DNA from: a virus
Length of the DNA: 54,964 nucleotides
Strand: one strand, 5' to 3'
Virus record (IMG/VR): IMGVR_UViG_3300045988_176929
Below are positions 7,263 to 15,173 of this stretch, in pieces (positions within the stretch are counted from its first letter, which is position 1; each line of letters opens with the position of its first letter). The notes below the pieces were generated by a model. It was not told the origin of the DNA. It did not search any database and saw only the letters and a list, made by a program, of their open reading frames with translations. Position numbers and translations under genes: made by a program.

Positions 7263-7553
7263 ATGATAAACAATAATATAAATGTACAAACAAAATATTT
7301 CATTACAAAAAATGATATTTACAAATTATGTGTTGAAAATGATTTTTGTACATGTTGCGACAATGAACAGTATGACGAATTATTATCATCAAATTTATTG
7401 TATGTATGTAATAATATTGATGATTTAAAACGACATTTATTAATTGTTGCAAATGATATATATAAATATTCGTGTGATACAAATATTGAAAATATATTAT
7501 ATTTATTATTTAATAAATGTGTACATACATTATTTAAAATAAATAATAAATAA
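7263..7553 (+). CDS. Island paralog 6 (no Gly, Pro or Trp)
   Basis: ATG preceded by TGTCAAAATGTT as in the other paralogs. The ORF-track start at 7218 is a TTG further upstream. Confidence 0.6.
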   Translation: MINNNINVQTKYFITKNDIYKLCVENDFCTCCDNEQYDELLSSNLLYVCNNIDDLKRHLLIVANDIYKYSCDTNIENILYLLFNKCVHTLFKINNK

Positions 7554-7584
7554 TTAAATATTTACAATTAAATAAATGTAAATT

Positions 7585-7615
7585 ATGCACGTTGAAAAAT
7601 AACGTGCATTTTTTA
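7585..7615 (+). terminator. Rho-independent terminator closing the island
   Basis: ATGCACGTT / AACGTGCAT stem, 7-nt loop, then a T6 run. Confidence 0.85.
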
Positions 7616-7670
7616 TGTTTAATTAAATAACAAATGTTATTATAACAAATGTAATTTAATCATTTTAAAA

Positions 7671-7684
7671 ATAACGATCGTTAT
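7671..7684. repeat. 14-bp perfect palindrome ATAACGATCGTTAT at the island's right boundary
   Basis: Exact; 7 nt before the first GG at 7691. Confidence 0.85.
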
Positions 7685-7851
7685 AATAACGGGTGGTTTG
7701 TTTTGTTGTGTCATTTTGAAAATAGACCGTCTAACTCCTAGAAATCCTACTTTCATATATATATAAGGCCCTCAGCTCCATTCGAGGATATGCCTGAGGA
7801 TGCGTAGGAGCCTCAAATAGACGTCTGAATGATGATCGTTGCCTATTTATT

Positions 7852-7903
7852 CATGTTCGTTTGCAACGTTCCTGTATGAGGCAAATACGACGTTGCAACA
7901 TGA
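7852..7903 (+). promoter_or_regulatory. Hairpin with conserved loop TGTATGAGGCAAATACG in the terS leader
   Basis: Stem TTGCAACGT (7861-7869) / ACGTTGCAA (7890-7898), plus outer CATGT/ACATG. Confidence 0.6.
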
Positions 7904-8030
7904 CATAAAAAATGCAAAAATAAAGCCAAAAACTAAAAAGTGAGAAAAGTGTTATAAAAATATTTCTCTAGCAGAAATTGAAAGCCTATAAGGCCCCACG
8001 TTATTACATAAAGGAAGGAGGATTAAATAA

Positions 8031-8642
8031 GTGGGAAAGGTAAATGAAAGTAAAGTTGATTATTGGTTAACTGATGATGGTTTAATTCTTGTTGAAGCAT
8101 GGGCAAGGGATGGTTACCTGTTGGATGACATTGCACAAAGGATGGGAATTGAACGACAAACATTATATACCTGGCGTAAGAAGTATCCTGAAATTGCACG
8201 AGCATTAAACACTGGGAAAGAACTTATTGATTACAAGGTAGAGAATGCATTATTAAAAGCAGCATTAGGTTATACCACAAAGGAAATTAAAGTAACATTA
8301 GGTAAGAAGATGTTAAATGGTGAAGTGTATGAAGTATTAAAAGAAACCACCACCCGGGAAATTGCCCCGAATGTTACTGCTTGTATGGCATGGTTGAATA
8401 ACAGAAAGCATGACCAGTGGAAACGTAACAGGGATAAGGTGTTAGAAATGGATGAAGAAGATTCCAACATCAATATCACCATTGTACGTGGTAATCCAAA
8501 GCAGGATAATTTAGGTGATAATGTAAATCAGGAAGTTAAATTTGAACCGAAGAAAGAGGAGCAGGTTGAAGTAAATTCCGCTGATGAAAATGATCCTGAT
8601 TATTGGCCCGATGATTGGGAGGATGAAGATGAGGATAATTAA
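8031..8642 (+). CDS. terS: Terminase small subunit
   Basis: GTG start 8 nt after AAGGAAGGAGGA; N-terminal HTH (DDIAQRMGIERQTLYTWRKKY); acidic tail; sits immediately upstream of terL. Confidence 0.75.
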   Translation: MGKVNESKVDYWLTDDGLILVEAWARDGYLLDDIAQRMGIERQTLYTWRKKYPEIARALNTGKELIDYKVENALLKAALGYTTKEIKVTLGKKMLNGEVYEVLKETTTREIAPNVTACMAWLNNRKHDQWKRNRDKVLEMDEEDSNINITIVRGNPKQDNLGDNVNQEVKFEPKKEEQVEVNSADENDPDYWPDDWEDEDEDN

Positions 8643-8757
8643 GGAGTTCATAAATTACATTTTATGTCTTCTGATTTTCTGTTTTATTATTATCATTGCA
8701 ATATTTACATTTCCACTTTGGAATATGTTTGAAAATGATAGTTAATTTTTTTACCTA

Positions 8758-8786
8758 TTTACTTTTTATTTATTATGTGTTATAAT
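8758..8786 (+). promoter_or_regulatory. Candidate promoter in the terS-terL gap
   Basis: TTTACT, 17-nt spacer, TGtTATAAT. Confidence 0.4.
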
Positions 8787-8882
8787 ATAAAATATATTAA
8801 TAATATATAATATAAATATTATTTATAATATTATCCACTTTTTACATGGTAGTGGATTTTTAATGTAAAAGAGGTAAAATAA

Positions 8883-10229
8883 ATGGCAAAAGCAACAATG
8901 AATATAAGTCCTGCTTTTGACAATTTTATTTTTGATTGGGATTATGAAACATACTTAGTAATTGGTTCTTATGGTAGTGGTAAATCACATGGTATTGTAC
9001 AAAAGATAATTTTAAAATGTTTTGAGGAAAAAAGAAAAGTGTGTGTATTCCGTGATGTTTATGATACACATAAGGAATCTACATTTGACTTATTAAAACA
9101 AGTTTTGGAAGATATGGGTTTACTTGCTGATAATGGTGTGAGAAAACATCCATTTAAAGTATGTTTCAAAAATTCACCTTTGGAGTTTAAATTTCCAAAT
9201 GGTTCGAGAATAATTTTCAAAGGTATGGATAGTACTGAAAAGTTAAAATCCTTAAATGGTGTTTCTATTGTATGGATAGAAGAATGTTCAGAAGTATCAT
9301 ATGATGCTTACTTGGAATTGTTAGGTCGTATTAGAACGCCAAATAAAACAATGCACTTTATTTTAAGTTGCAATCCTGTTGGTAAGTTTAACTGGGTTTA
9401 TCAACAGTTCTTTGAAAAAATAAATGAAGATGGTACAACAAATGTTATTCTACGTGATGAGGTTTTATATGAAAGAAAGACCTTAGTAAAAAATGGGGTT
9501 TATTATCACCATTCGACTTGTGATGATAATCCATTTTTGCCTCCTGAATATATAAAACGTCTTGATGATTTAAAAACATATGATAAATCTTTATGGGTTG
9601 TTGCACGTCTTGGTAGATTTGGTGCAACAGGTATGCGTGTATTACCTCAGTTTGAAGTAATGAATACAAAAATGGTTAATCACTTTGTTAGTGAACTTGA
9701 TCCTAAATGGCATCGTGTTGGTATGGACTTTGGATTTGAAACTTCATACAATGCGGTTATTAAGGTTGCTATTGACGATAAGAATAAGTGGTTGTATATT
9801 TATAAAGAATATTACAAAAATAAAATGACTGATGATAAAACAGCTGTTGAACTTGTTAATTGGGATAGTGAAATTAAGGATCAAAGAATTAAAGCTGATA
9901 ATGCTGAACCAAAAACAATTCGTTATTTTAGAAACCAAGGTTTTCAAATGTTTCCTTGTCAAAAGAAATGTGATAAAAAATCTGAGGGTAGTAGAATTGC
10001 AAATACAAGAAAGTGTAAACGTTTCCGAAGAATTATTTGTTCCTCCGATTGTATAAATACAATTAAGGAGTTAAAGGATCTTACTTATAAAAAGAATAAG
10101 GATGGAACAATTAATTATAGTAAATTCAATATTGACCCTCATACATTTTCTGCTATATGGTATGCAATTGATGATTATAATGTAGCTGATTTAAAGGAAC
10201 GTAAAAACAATAGTATTAGAGGTAAATAA
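8883..10229 (+). CDS. terL: Terminase large subunit (PBSX/terminase_3-like)
   Basis: Walker A GSYGSGKSHG; 448 aa; C-terminal nuclease-like region. Confidence 0.9.
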   Translation: MAKATMNISPAFDNFIFDWDYETYLVIGSYGSGKSHGIVQKIILKCFEEKRKVCVFRDVYDTHKESTFDLLKQVLEDMGLLADNGVRKHPFKVCFKNSPLEFKFPNGSRIIFKGMDSTEKLKSLNGVSIVWIEECSEVSYDAYLELLGRIRTPNKTMHFILSCNPVGKFNWVYQQFFEKINEDGTTNVILRDEVLYERKTLVKNGVYYHHSTCDDNPFLPPEYIKRLDDLKTYDKSLWVVARLGRFGATGMRVLPQFEVMNTKMVNHFVSELDPKWHRVGMDFGFETSYNAVIKVAIDDKNKWLYIYKEYYKNKMTDDKTAVELVNWDSEIKDQRIKADNAEPKTIRYFRNQGFQMFPCQKKCDKKSEGSRIANTRKCKRFRRIICSSDCINTIKELKDLTYKKNKDGTINYSKFNIDPHTFSAIWYAIDDYNVADLKERKNNSIRGK

Positions 10230-10230
10230 A

Positions 10231-10434
10231 ATGATTGAATATCAAAGAGAATTGATTGAAATTCTTAATGAAACGCTAATTGAAGCAAAGAAAAGTTGTT
10301 ATAACGAATTAGGATTACCAGATCCATATTGTGTAGGGTTATACAATGGTATTGAAATGGTAAGATCATTAGTTGCTGAAGAAAATCCAAAATATCTTGG
10401 GGAAGAGGAGGATGAAAAAGAATGCCAGAAGTAG
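10231..10434 (+). CDS. Hypothetical protein
   Basis: 67-aa ORF tightly coupled to terL. Confidence 0.5.
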   Translation: MIEYQRELIEILNETLIEAKKSCYNELGLPDPYCVGLYNGIEMVRSLVAEENPKYLGEEEDEKECQK

Positions 10435-10691
10435 TTAAAAAGTTTATTCTTGGTAAGGATAAAATTCCTGATTGGTTTAATGAAATGTGCGGTAAGGGGC
10501 GTTGTAAACTTGTTTATGATGAAGGAGATTTAGTTGGTGTTGATTTGTTTACACCGACAGGTACAAAACGTGCTAAATTAAATGATGTTATTATGCTTGG
10601 TAAATCTGGTATGTTTTTCTTAACTGGGGAACAGGCAAAAAATTATGGAGTTCAGAAAAGTGTCAAAGAAGAAAATAATAGAGTACAGTAA
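10422..10691 (+). CDS. Hypothetical protein
   Basis: 89-aa ORF with GGAGGA RBS. Confidence 0.5.
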   Translation: MPEVVKKFILGKDKIPDWFNEMCGKGRCKLVYDEGDLVGVDLFTPTGTKRAKLNDVIMLGKSGMFFLTGEQAKNYGVQKSVKEENNRVQ

Positions 10692-10950
10692 GTTATGGAT
10701 TACATTGTGGCAGTTATTTTGTATGATATGGATTTCAATTTATTTGATTTCTGATATTAAGCAAAATAGGGGATTGAACTCTGAACAAGTTGTTTTATCC
10801 CTTATTGCTTCTATTGTGGCTGTATTTATACCGTACTTGGTAAAAGCTTTCTTAGGAAAATTAAATGAAGAAAAAACAAGATTGATTGAAAAAGGACTTG
10901 ATGGAAACATTGATGAATCTGTTAAAAGTTCTGGAATGGAGGATGAATAA
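10645..10950 (+). CDS. Membrane protein (two TM segments)
   Basis: Hydrophobic spans LWITLWQLFCMIWISIYLI and VVLSLIASIVAVFIPYLV. Confidence 0.5.
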   Translation: MEFRKVSKKKIIEYSKLWITLWQLFCMIWISIYLISDIKQNRGLNSEQVVLSLIASIVAVFIPYLVKAFLGKLNEEKTRLIEKGLDGNIDESVKSSGMEDE

Positions 10951-11279
10951 TGAATATTTCATTTTTTGTTAGTTTGTTTGTTTTAGAAGCTGCTGTTGCA
11001 GGGTTGTGTACTCAGGCTGTTAAGAAGTGGTATGAAAATGCACATAAGGATTACTCTTCGAATACTATTGCTCTTGTAAATGCAGTTATTGTTGGTGGTA
11101 TTTTTACATCAGCTTCGTATTTATTAGTTGGTATTGAATTTACAATTAATAATATTATTGCAATTGTAGGTATGTGTGCTTTAAATTGGTTTGGTTCAAT
11201 GTTGGGATATGATAAGATTATCCAGTGGTTGAAGCAGATTGAGGAGGTTAATAAAAGTAATGAAATTGAAAAGAAGTAA
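10950..11279 (+). CDS. Putative holin (multi-pass membrane protein)
   Basis: Three hydrophobic segments and a charged C-terminus; lies just upstream of the endolysin. Confidence 0.5.
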   Translation: MNISFFVSLFVLEAAVAGLCTQAVKKWYENAHKDYSSNTIALVNAVIVGGIFTSASYLLVGIEFTINNIIAIVGMCALNWFGSMLGYDKIIQWLKQIEEVNKSNEIEKK

Positions 11280-11439
11280 AAAGAGGATAAAAAGAGATAC
11301 TGCATTATTTGCTTTATTTTTATCTGTAATTTTATTACTTTTCAATTTGATGTTATTTGCTTCAATATCCTATGCGATTAAGTATCCGTATGGGGATATT
11401 GAAGCAAAATCTGTTTCATTAAAGGAGAGTGGTTGGTAA
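11260..11439 (+). CDS. Small basic single-TM protein (lysis accessory candidate)
   Basis: MKLKRSKKRIKR followed by a TM span; TAATG overlap with the endolysin start. Confidence 0.45.
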   Translation: MKLKRSKKRIKRDTALFALFLSVILLLFNLMLFASISYAIKYPYGDIEAKSVSLKESGW

Positions 11440-12533
11440 TGGAAAAGGGCATTGATGTTAGTTCTTACCAAAATGAAATTGATTGGGCTAAAGTTAAAAA
11501 AAGTGGTGTTAAGTTTGCAATTATTAAATTAATAAGAAAAGATTTAACACTTGATAAAAGGGCTCTTGAGAATGTAAAAGGATGTTTGTTGAATGGTATT
11601 AAGTTTAGCTTTTACAATTATTCATATGCAACAAACGTTAGTTACTCTGAAATGCTTGCAAACAAAATTGTTCAATTTGTGAAATATTTCAGAACTTGTA
11701 ATAGTATTAATACTACTTTGTTTGATAAATATTTTGAAAAATACATCTGGCTTGACATTGAGGATAAAACCCAAATGAACTTAGGACATACAATTGTTGA
11801 TATGTCAAAAGCTTATCAGAAAGTAATTGAAGATAATGGGTTAGAATTTGGTATTTATACTGGTCTTAGTTTTTATAATACTTGTTTTTCAAAATATGCA
11901 TCAGAATTTAATAATCCATTTTGGATCGCAAGATATTATAATGGTTATAAAAAAATGCAATTTTGTGCTAATGCTAACTCTATGAAAAAACCTGTTATTA
12001 AAAATGGATTATGGGGTTGGCAATATACTTCTTCTGGAATTGTTGATGGTATTACAGGAAATGTTGATTTGAATGAAAGATATGATGAGATTATTAACAT
12101 GGATAATCTTTATGGTGTTTGTGAATTTTCTATAATCAAAGATGGTAAACGTTATATTTCAAAAAACTTTACTGTTGATGAATTTAGATGTAAGGATGGT
12201 TCAGATAAAATCTTAATTGATGTTGATTTTGTTAAAAGTTATTTACAGAAAATAAGAGATTATTTTAAATCCCCTGTTACAATAAATTCTGCTTATAGAA
12301 CAGAATCTTATAACAACAAAGTTGGTGGTGCTAAAAATTCGTACCACAAAAAAGGAATGGCATTTGATATTGTTGTTAAAGGTAGAACTCCATTAGAAGT
12401 TTCAAGATATGCTCAGCAACTTGGAATTGGTGGAGTTATTAAATATAATACTTTTGTTCATGTTGATAGCAGAACAACTGTATATCATGCAATAAATAAT
12501 AATGGTAAAATAACTGTTGTTAAAAACTTTTAA
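11439..12533 (+). CDS. Bifunctional endolysin: GH25 muramidase plus Peptidase_M15 (D-Ala-D-Ala carboxypeptidase-like) domain
   Basis: GIDVSSYQNEIDWAKVKKSGVKFAIIK (GH25); SAYRTESYNNKVGGAKNSYHKKGMAFDI...HVDSR (M15 zinc peptidase). Confidence 0.85.
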   Translation: MEKGIDVSSYQNEIDWAKVKKSGVKFAIIKLIRKDLTLDKRALENVKGCLLNGIKFSFYNYSYATNVSYSEMLANKIVQFVKYFRTCNSINTTLFDKYFEKYIWLDIEDKTQMNLGHTIVDMSKAYQKVIEDNGLEFGIYTGLSFYNTCFSKYASEFNNPFWIARYYNGYKKMQFCANANSMKKPVIKNGLWGWQYTSSGIVDGITGNVDLNERYDEIINMDNLYGVCEFSIIKDGKRYISKNFTVDEFRCKDGSDKILIDVDFVKSYLQKIRDYFKSPVTINSAYRTESYNNKVGGAKNSYHKKGMAFDIVVKGRTPLEVSRYAQQLGIGGVIKYNTFVHVDSRTTVYHAINNNGKITVVKNF

Positions 12534-12542
12534 GGAGGAAAT

Positions 12543-14141
12543 ATGTCTGAGGAAAGTAAAATGATTATGCAACAGGAATTACAGGAAGAAGAGGATATAA
12601 TTAGTACTTACCTCAACATTCCCTACTTTATTTTGGACGATGAAGTTAGTCCGTCAGTTAGGTCCAAGTATGAAAGAGAATTTAATCAAATAAATAGATA
12701 TTATGATGTTTATAAAAGAGGATCTTTCTTTTTATCAGAAGGATCTAATGCTGATTATATTCCATCAAGACTTAGATATAAAAAGGCTACAATGATTGTC
12801 AATAAAGAAGCAAGATTTCTGTTTTCAAATACCCCTACATTTAATGTTAATCCTGATGATGTTGATGGGGCTAATAAGGAGGAAAATTCAATTCTTCAAA
12901 ATTACCTTGATAAGGTACTTGAAATGAATAATTTTAGTGGTGATTTGTTAAGGGGTTTGAAAGATTGTTTTATTGGTAAGAGAATTGCCATAGTTGTTAA
13001 TTTTAATGATGATGGTATAACAATTACTTTTTTAAAACCAACTGAATTTATTTATGAAACAGATGGTACAAGGAATGATAATGTTACAAAGTTTGTTACT
13101 TTCTTCCAAATTAATGATTGTGAATCATTAAAAGAGCAAAGATGGTATAAAAAACGATATACAAAGGAAAATGGGGTTGTTTATCTTGAAGAAATTATTT
13201 ATGATGGCACTGGGGAAGTGATTGAAATTCCTTTTCCTAAGTCAAGAATAAGACTAAATTATATTCCTGTTGCTATTGTTTTAAATGATGCATTAACTGG
13301 GGATTATTCAGGAACATCTGAACTTGGTGATCTTATTGAATATGAGAAGTATTACAGTAAATTAGCTAATGCTGATATGGATGCTGAAAGAAAAAGTATG
13401 AATCCAATTAAGTATACTACTGATGCTTCAATGGAAAGTACTAAAAAACTTTCAACAAGTCCTGGTTCTTATTGGGATTTGCAAAGTGATGAGGAGAAAG
13501 CTGAAACAAGAACAGTTAAGGTTGGCACACTTGAAGCGCAAATGAATTATTCTACCCCATTAAAAGTTACTTTGGATAGAATTGAGAATGAAATGTATGC
13601 AGAACTTGATGTTCCTAATATTACAAGTGAACAGCTTGCTGGTGTTATAACATCAGGTAAAACAATTCAGGCTTTGTACTGGGGGTTAACTGTTCGATGT
13701 GATGAAAAAATGTTAGCATGGGGGTATGCTTTACAATTCATTGCAAGGACAATTATTGAAGGGGGTATTCTTTATCCTGAGTATATTGGTAGATATACAA
13801 CTGAAAAGAGGTTACCAGAAATTGAATTTGAAATTCTTGTTGAAAATAATTACCCAATTCCCGAGGATGTTAAAGAAGAAAAAGAGTTGGATATTTCAGA
13901 AGTTGAATCAAATATTATGTCAAGAAAAGCTTATTTAAAGAAATGGCGTAAATTGAGTGATATTGAAGCAATGAAAGAAATTAAACAAATTCAGTTAGAA
14001 AAACAAATGCTTGATGATAGTATAGTTGATCTTACCAATTATGACAATCAGAATGAGGATGAAGATGTTGATGATCCTGAAATTGACTCAAATAGCGAAG
14101 TTGATGATGAAGGGGATCAATTTGATGATGAAAATGAATAA
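12543..14141 (+). CDS. Portal protein (SPP1 gp6-like)
   Basis: 532 aa, acidic C-terminus, position between terL and the head morphogenesis gene. Confidence 0.85.
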   Translation: MSEESKMIMQQELQEEEDIISTYLNIPYFILDDEVSPSVRSKYEREFNQINRYYDVYKRGSFFLSEGSNADYIPSRLRYKKATMIVNKEARFLFSNTPTFNVNPDDVDGANKEENSILQNYLDKVLEMNNFSGDLLRGLKDCFIGKRIAIVVNFNDDGITITFLKPTEFIYETDGTRNDNVTKFVTFFQINDCESLKEQRWYKKRYTKENGVVYLEEIIYDGTGEVIEIPFPKSRIRLNYIPVAIVLNDALTGDYSGTSELGDLIEYEKYYSKLANADMDAERKSMNPIKYTTDASMESTKKLSTSPGSYWDLQSDEEKAETRTVKVGTLEAQMNYSTPLKVTLDRIENEMYAELDVPNITSEQLAGVITSGKTIQALYWGLTVRCDEKMLAWGYALQFIARTIIEGGILYPEYIGRYTTEKRLPEIEFEILVENNYPIPEDVKEEKELDISEVESNIMSRKAYLKKWRKLSDIEAMKEIKQIQLEKQMLDDSIVDLTNYDNQNEDEDVDDPEIDSNSEVDDEGDQFDDENE

Positions 14142-14155
14142 GCGTCTATATGAGG
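14142..14155 (+). promoter_or_regulatory. Motif GCGTCTATATGAGG (member of the intergenic motif family)
   Basis: 13 of 14 nt shared with 32396-32409. Confidence 0.4.
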
Positions 14156-14182
14156 ATGCTAGGCATATTGTGGAGGCATTGT

Positions 14183-15121
14183 ATGTCAAACCTATTTGCT
14201 TACTCCCAAGTACGAAGGTCCAGGATTGTTAGGCAACAACAAAAACAAATAAAAAAAGCATATGAGGAAGCATTAAAGGAAATTACCAAAAGTGTTGATA
14301 AGCTTTATGGTAAAAATGATGTTTCCTCATCAATGCGAAGGGTTTACCTAAATAAACTTAAGGATGATATTCAGAATCAAATGAATATTGTTGATGGTAA
14401 AACTGAAAATATTATAAAAGGTAATATTGGATTAATGGCTGAGGAAGTTGCAAGAAATACTCAGATGTATAATTCAAAAATAGGATTAAATACTATAGTT
14501 AATTCAACTAGTTTGAAGCATAGAGTTGTAACAAATATTATTACCGGTAAAGTTTATGATGGTAAATTCACATTAAGTTCTTCTATTTGGGGTGATAATA
14601 AAAGAAGATTAAATGAAATAAATCGAATAATTGCAAGGGATATTCTTCAAAATAAAGGTGTTTATGATATTGCAAAAGATTTAGAAAGGTTTGTTAATCC
14701 AAGAGCAAGAAAGGATTATGACTGGTCAAAAATGTTTCCTGGTTCAAGGAGAAAAATTGATTATAATGCTCAAAGGTTAGCAAGAACAATGGTTAGCCAT
14801 GCATATCAACAGGCATTTGTTGAATCGACTATAAATAATCCATTTATTTCAGCATATAAGTGGATTACTAGTGGAAGTGATCGTGTTTGTCCGATATGTA
14901 TTGATCGTGAGTCAACAGATCAATTTGGTTTAGGACCAGGAATATTTCCAAAGGATCGTTTGCCATTGGATCACCCCAATGGTATGTGTACGTTTGAATG
15001 TGTAATGGCTATGAATGATGAGGAGATTGGGGATGCTATTGCTGATTGGTACCTTGGGGAAGGTGATGAAACAATGAATGATATGATTGATCGTTATGTA
15101 AATGATTTGAAAAATTTTTAA
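14183..15121 (+). CDS. Head morphogenesis / minor capsid protein (SPP1 gp7 family)
   Basis: ATG after GGAGG (14172-14176); conserved ...CPICIDRE... region; follows the portal. Confidence 0.8.
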   Translation: MSNLFAYSQVRRSRIVRQQQKQIKKAYEEALKEITKSVDKLYGKNDVSSSMRRVYLNKLKDDIQNQMNIVDGKTENIIKGNIGLMAEEVARNTQMYNSKIGLNTIVNSTSLKHRVVTNIITGKVYDGKFTLSSSIWGDNKRRLNEINRIIARDILQNKGVYDIAKDLERFVNPRARKDYDWSKMFPGSRRKIDYNAQRLARTMVSHAYQQAFVESTINNPFISAYKWITSGSDRVCPICIDRESTDQFGLGPGIFPKDRLPLDHPNGMCTFECVMAMNDEEIGDAIADWYLGEGDETMNDMIDRYVNDLKNF

Positions 15122-15130
15122 AGTTTTCTA

Positions 15131-15159
15131 TTTACAAATTTCATAACATATGTTATAAT
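15131..15159 (+). promoter_or_regulatory. Promoter ahead of the scaffold/capsid genes
   Basis: TTTACA, 17-nt spacer, TGtTATAAT. Confidence 0.55.
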
Positions 15160-15173
15160 GATTATGTTATGAA
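15140..15173. promoter_or_regulatory. 11-bp inverted repeat TTCATAACATA / TATGTTATGAA bracketing the -10
   Basis: 15140-15150 and 15163-15173 are exact reverse complements. Confidence 0.7.

Larger units (their letters stand above)
3508..7690. other. AT-rich island almost free of AG, GG, CT and CC dinucleotides
   Basis: Hand scan: CT=0, CC=0, AG=4 (4071, 4221, 4224, 7369), GG=3 (4116, 4117, 4225). The right edge is sharp at 7691 (GGG). Confidence 0.9.

Noticed and set aside
7794-7815. CUGAGGA resembling the hammerhead ribozyme CUGANGA box.
   Set aside because: The surrounding sequence forms only a simple TGAGG/CCTCA hairpin. There is no GAAA box or three-way junction.
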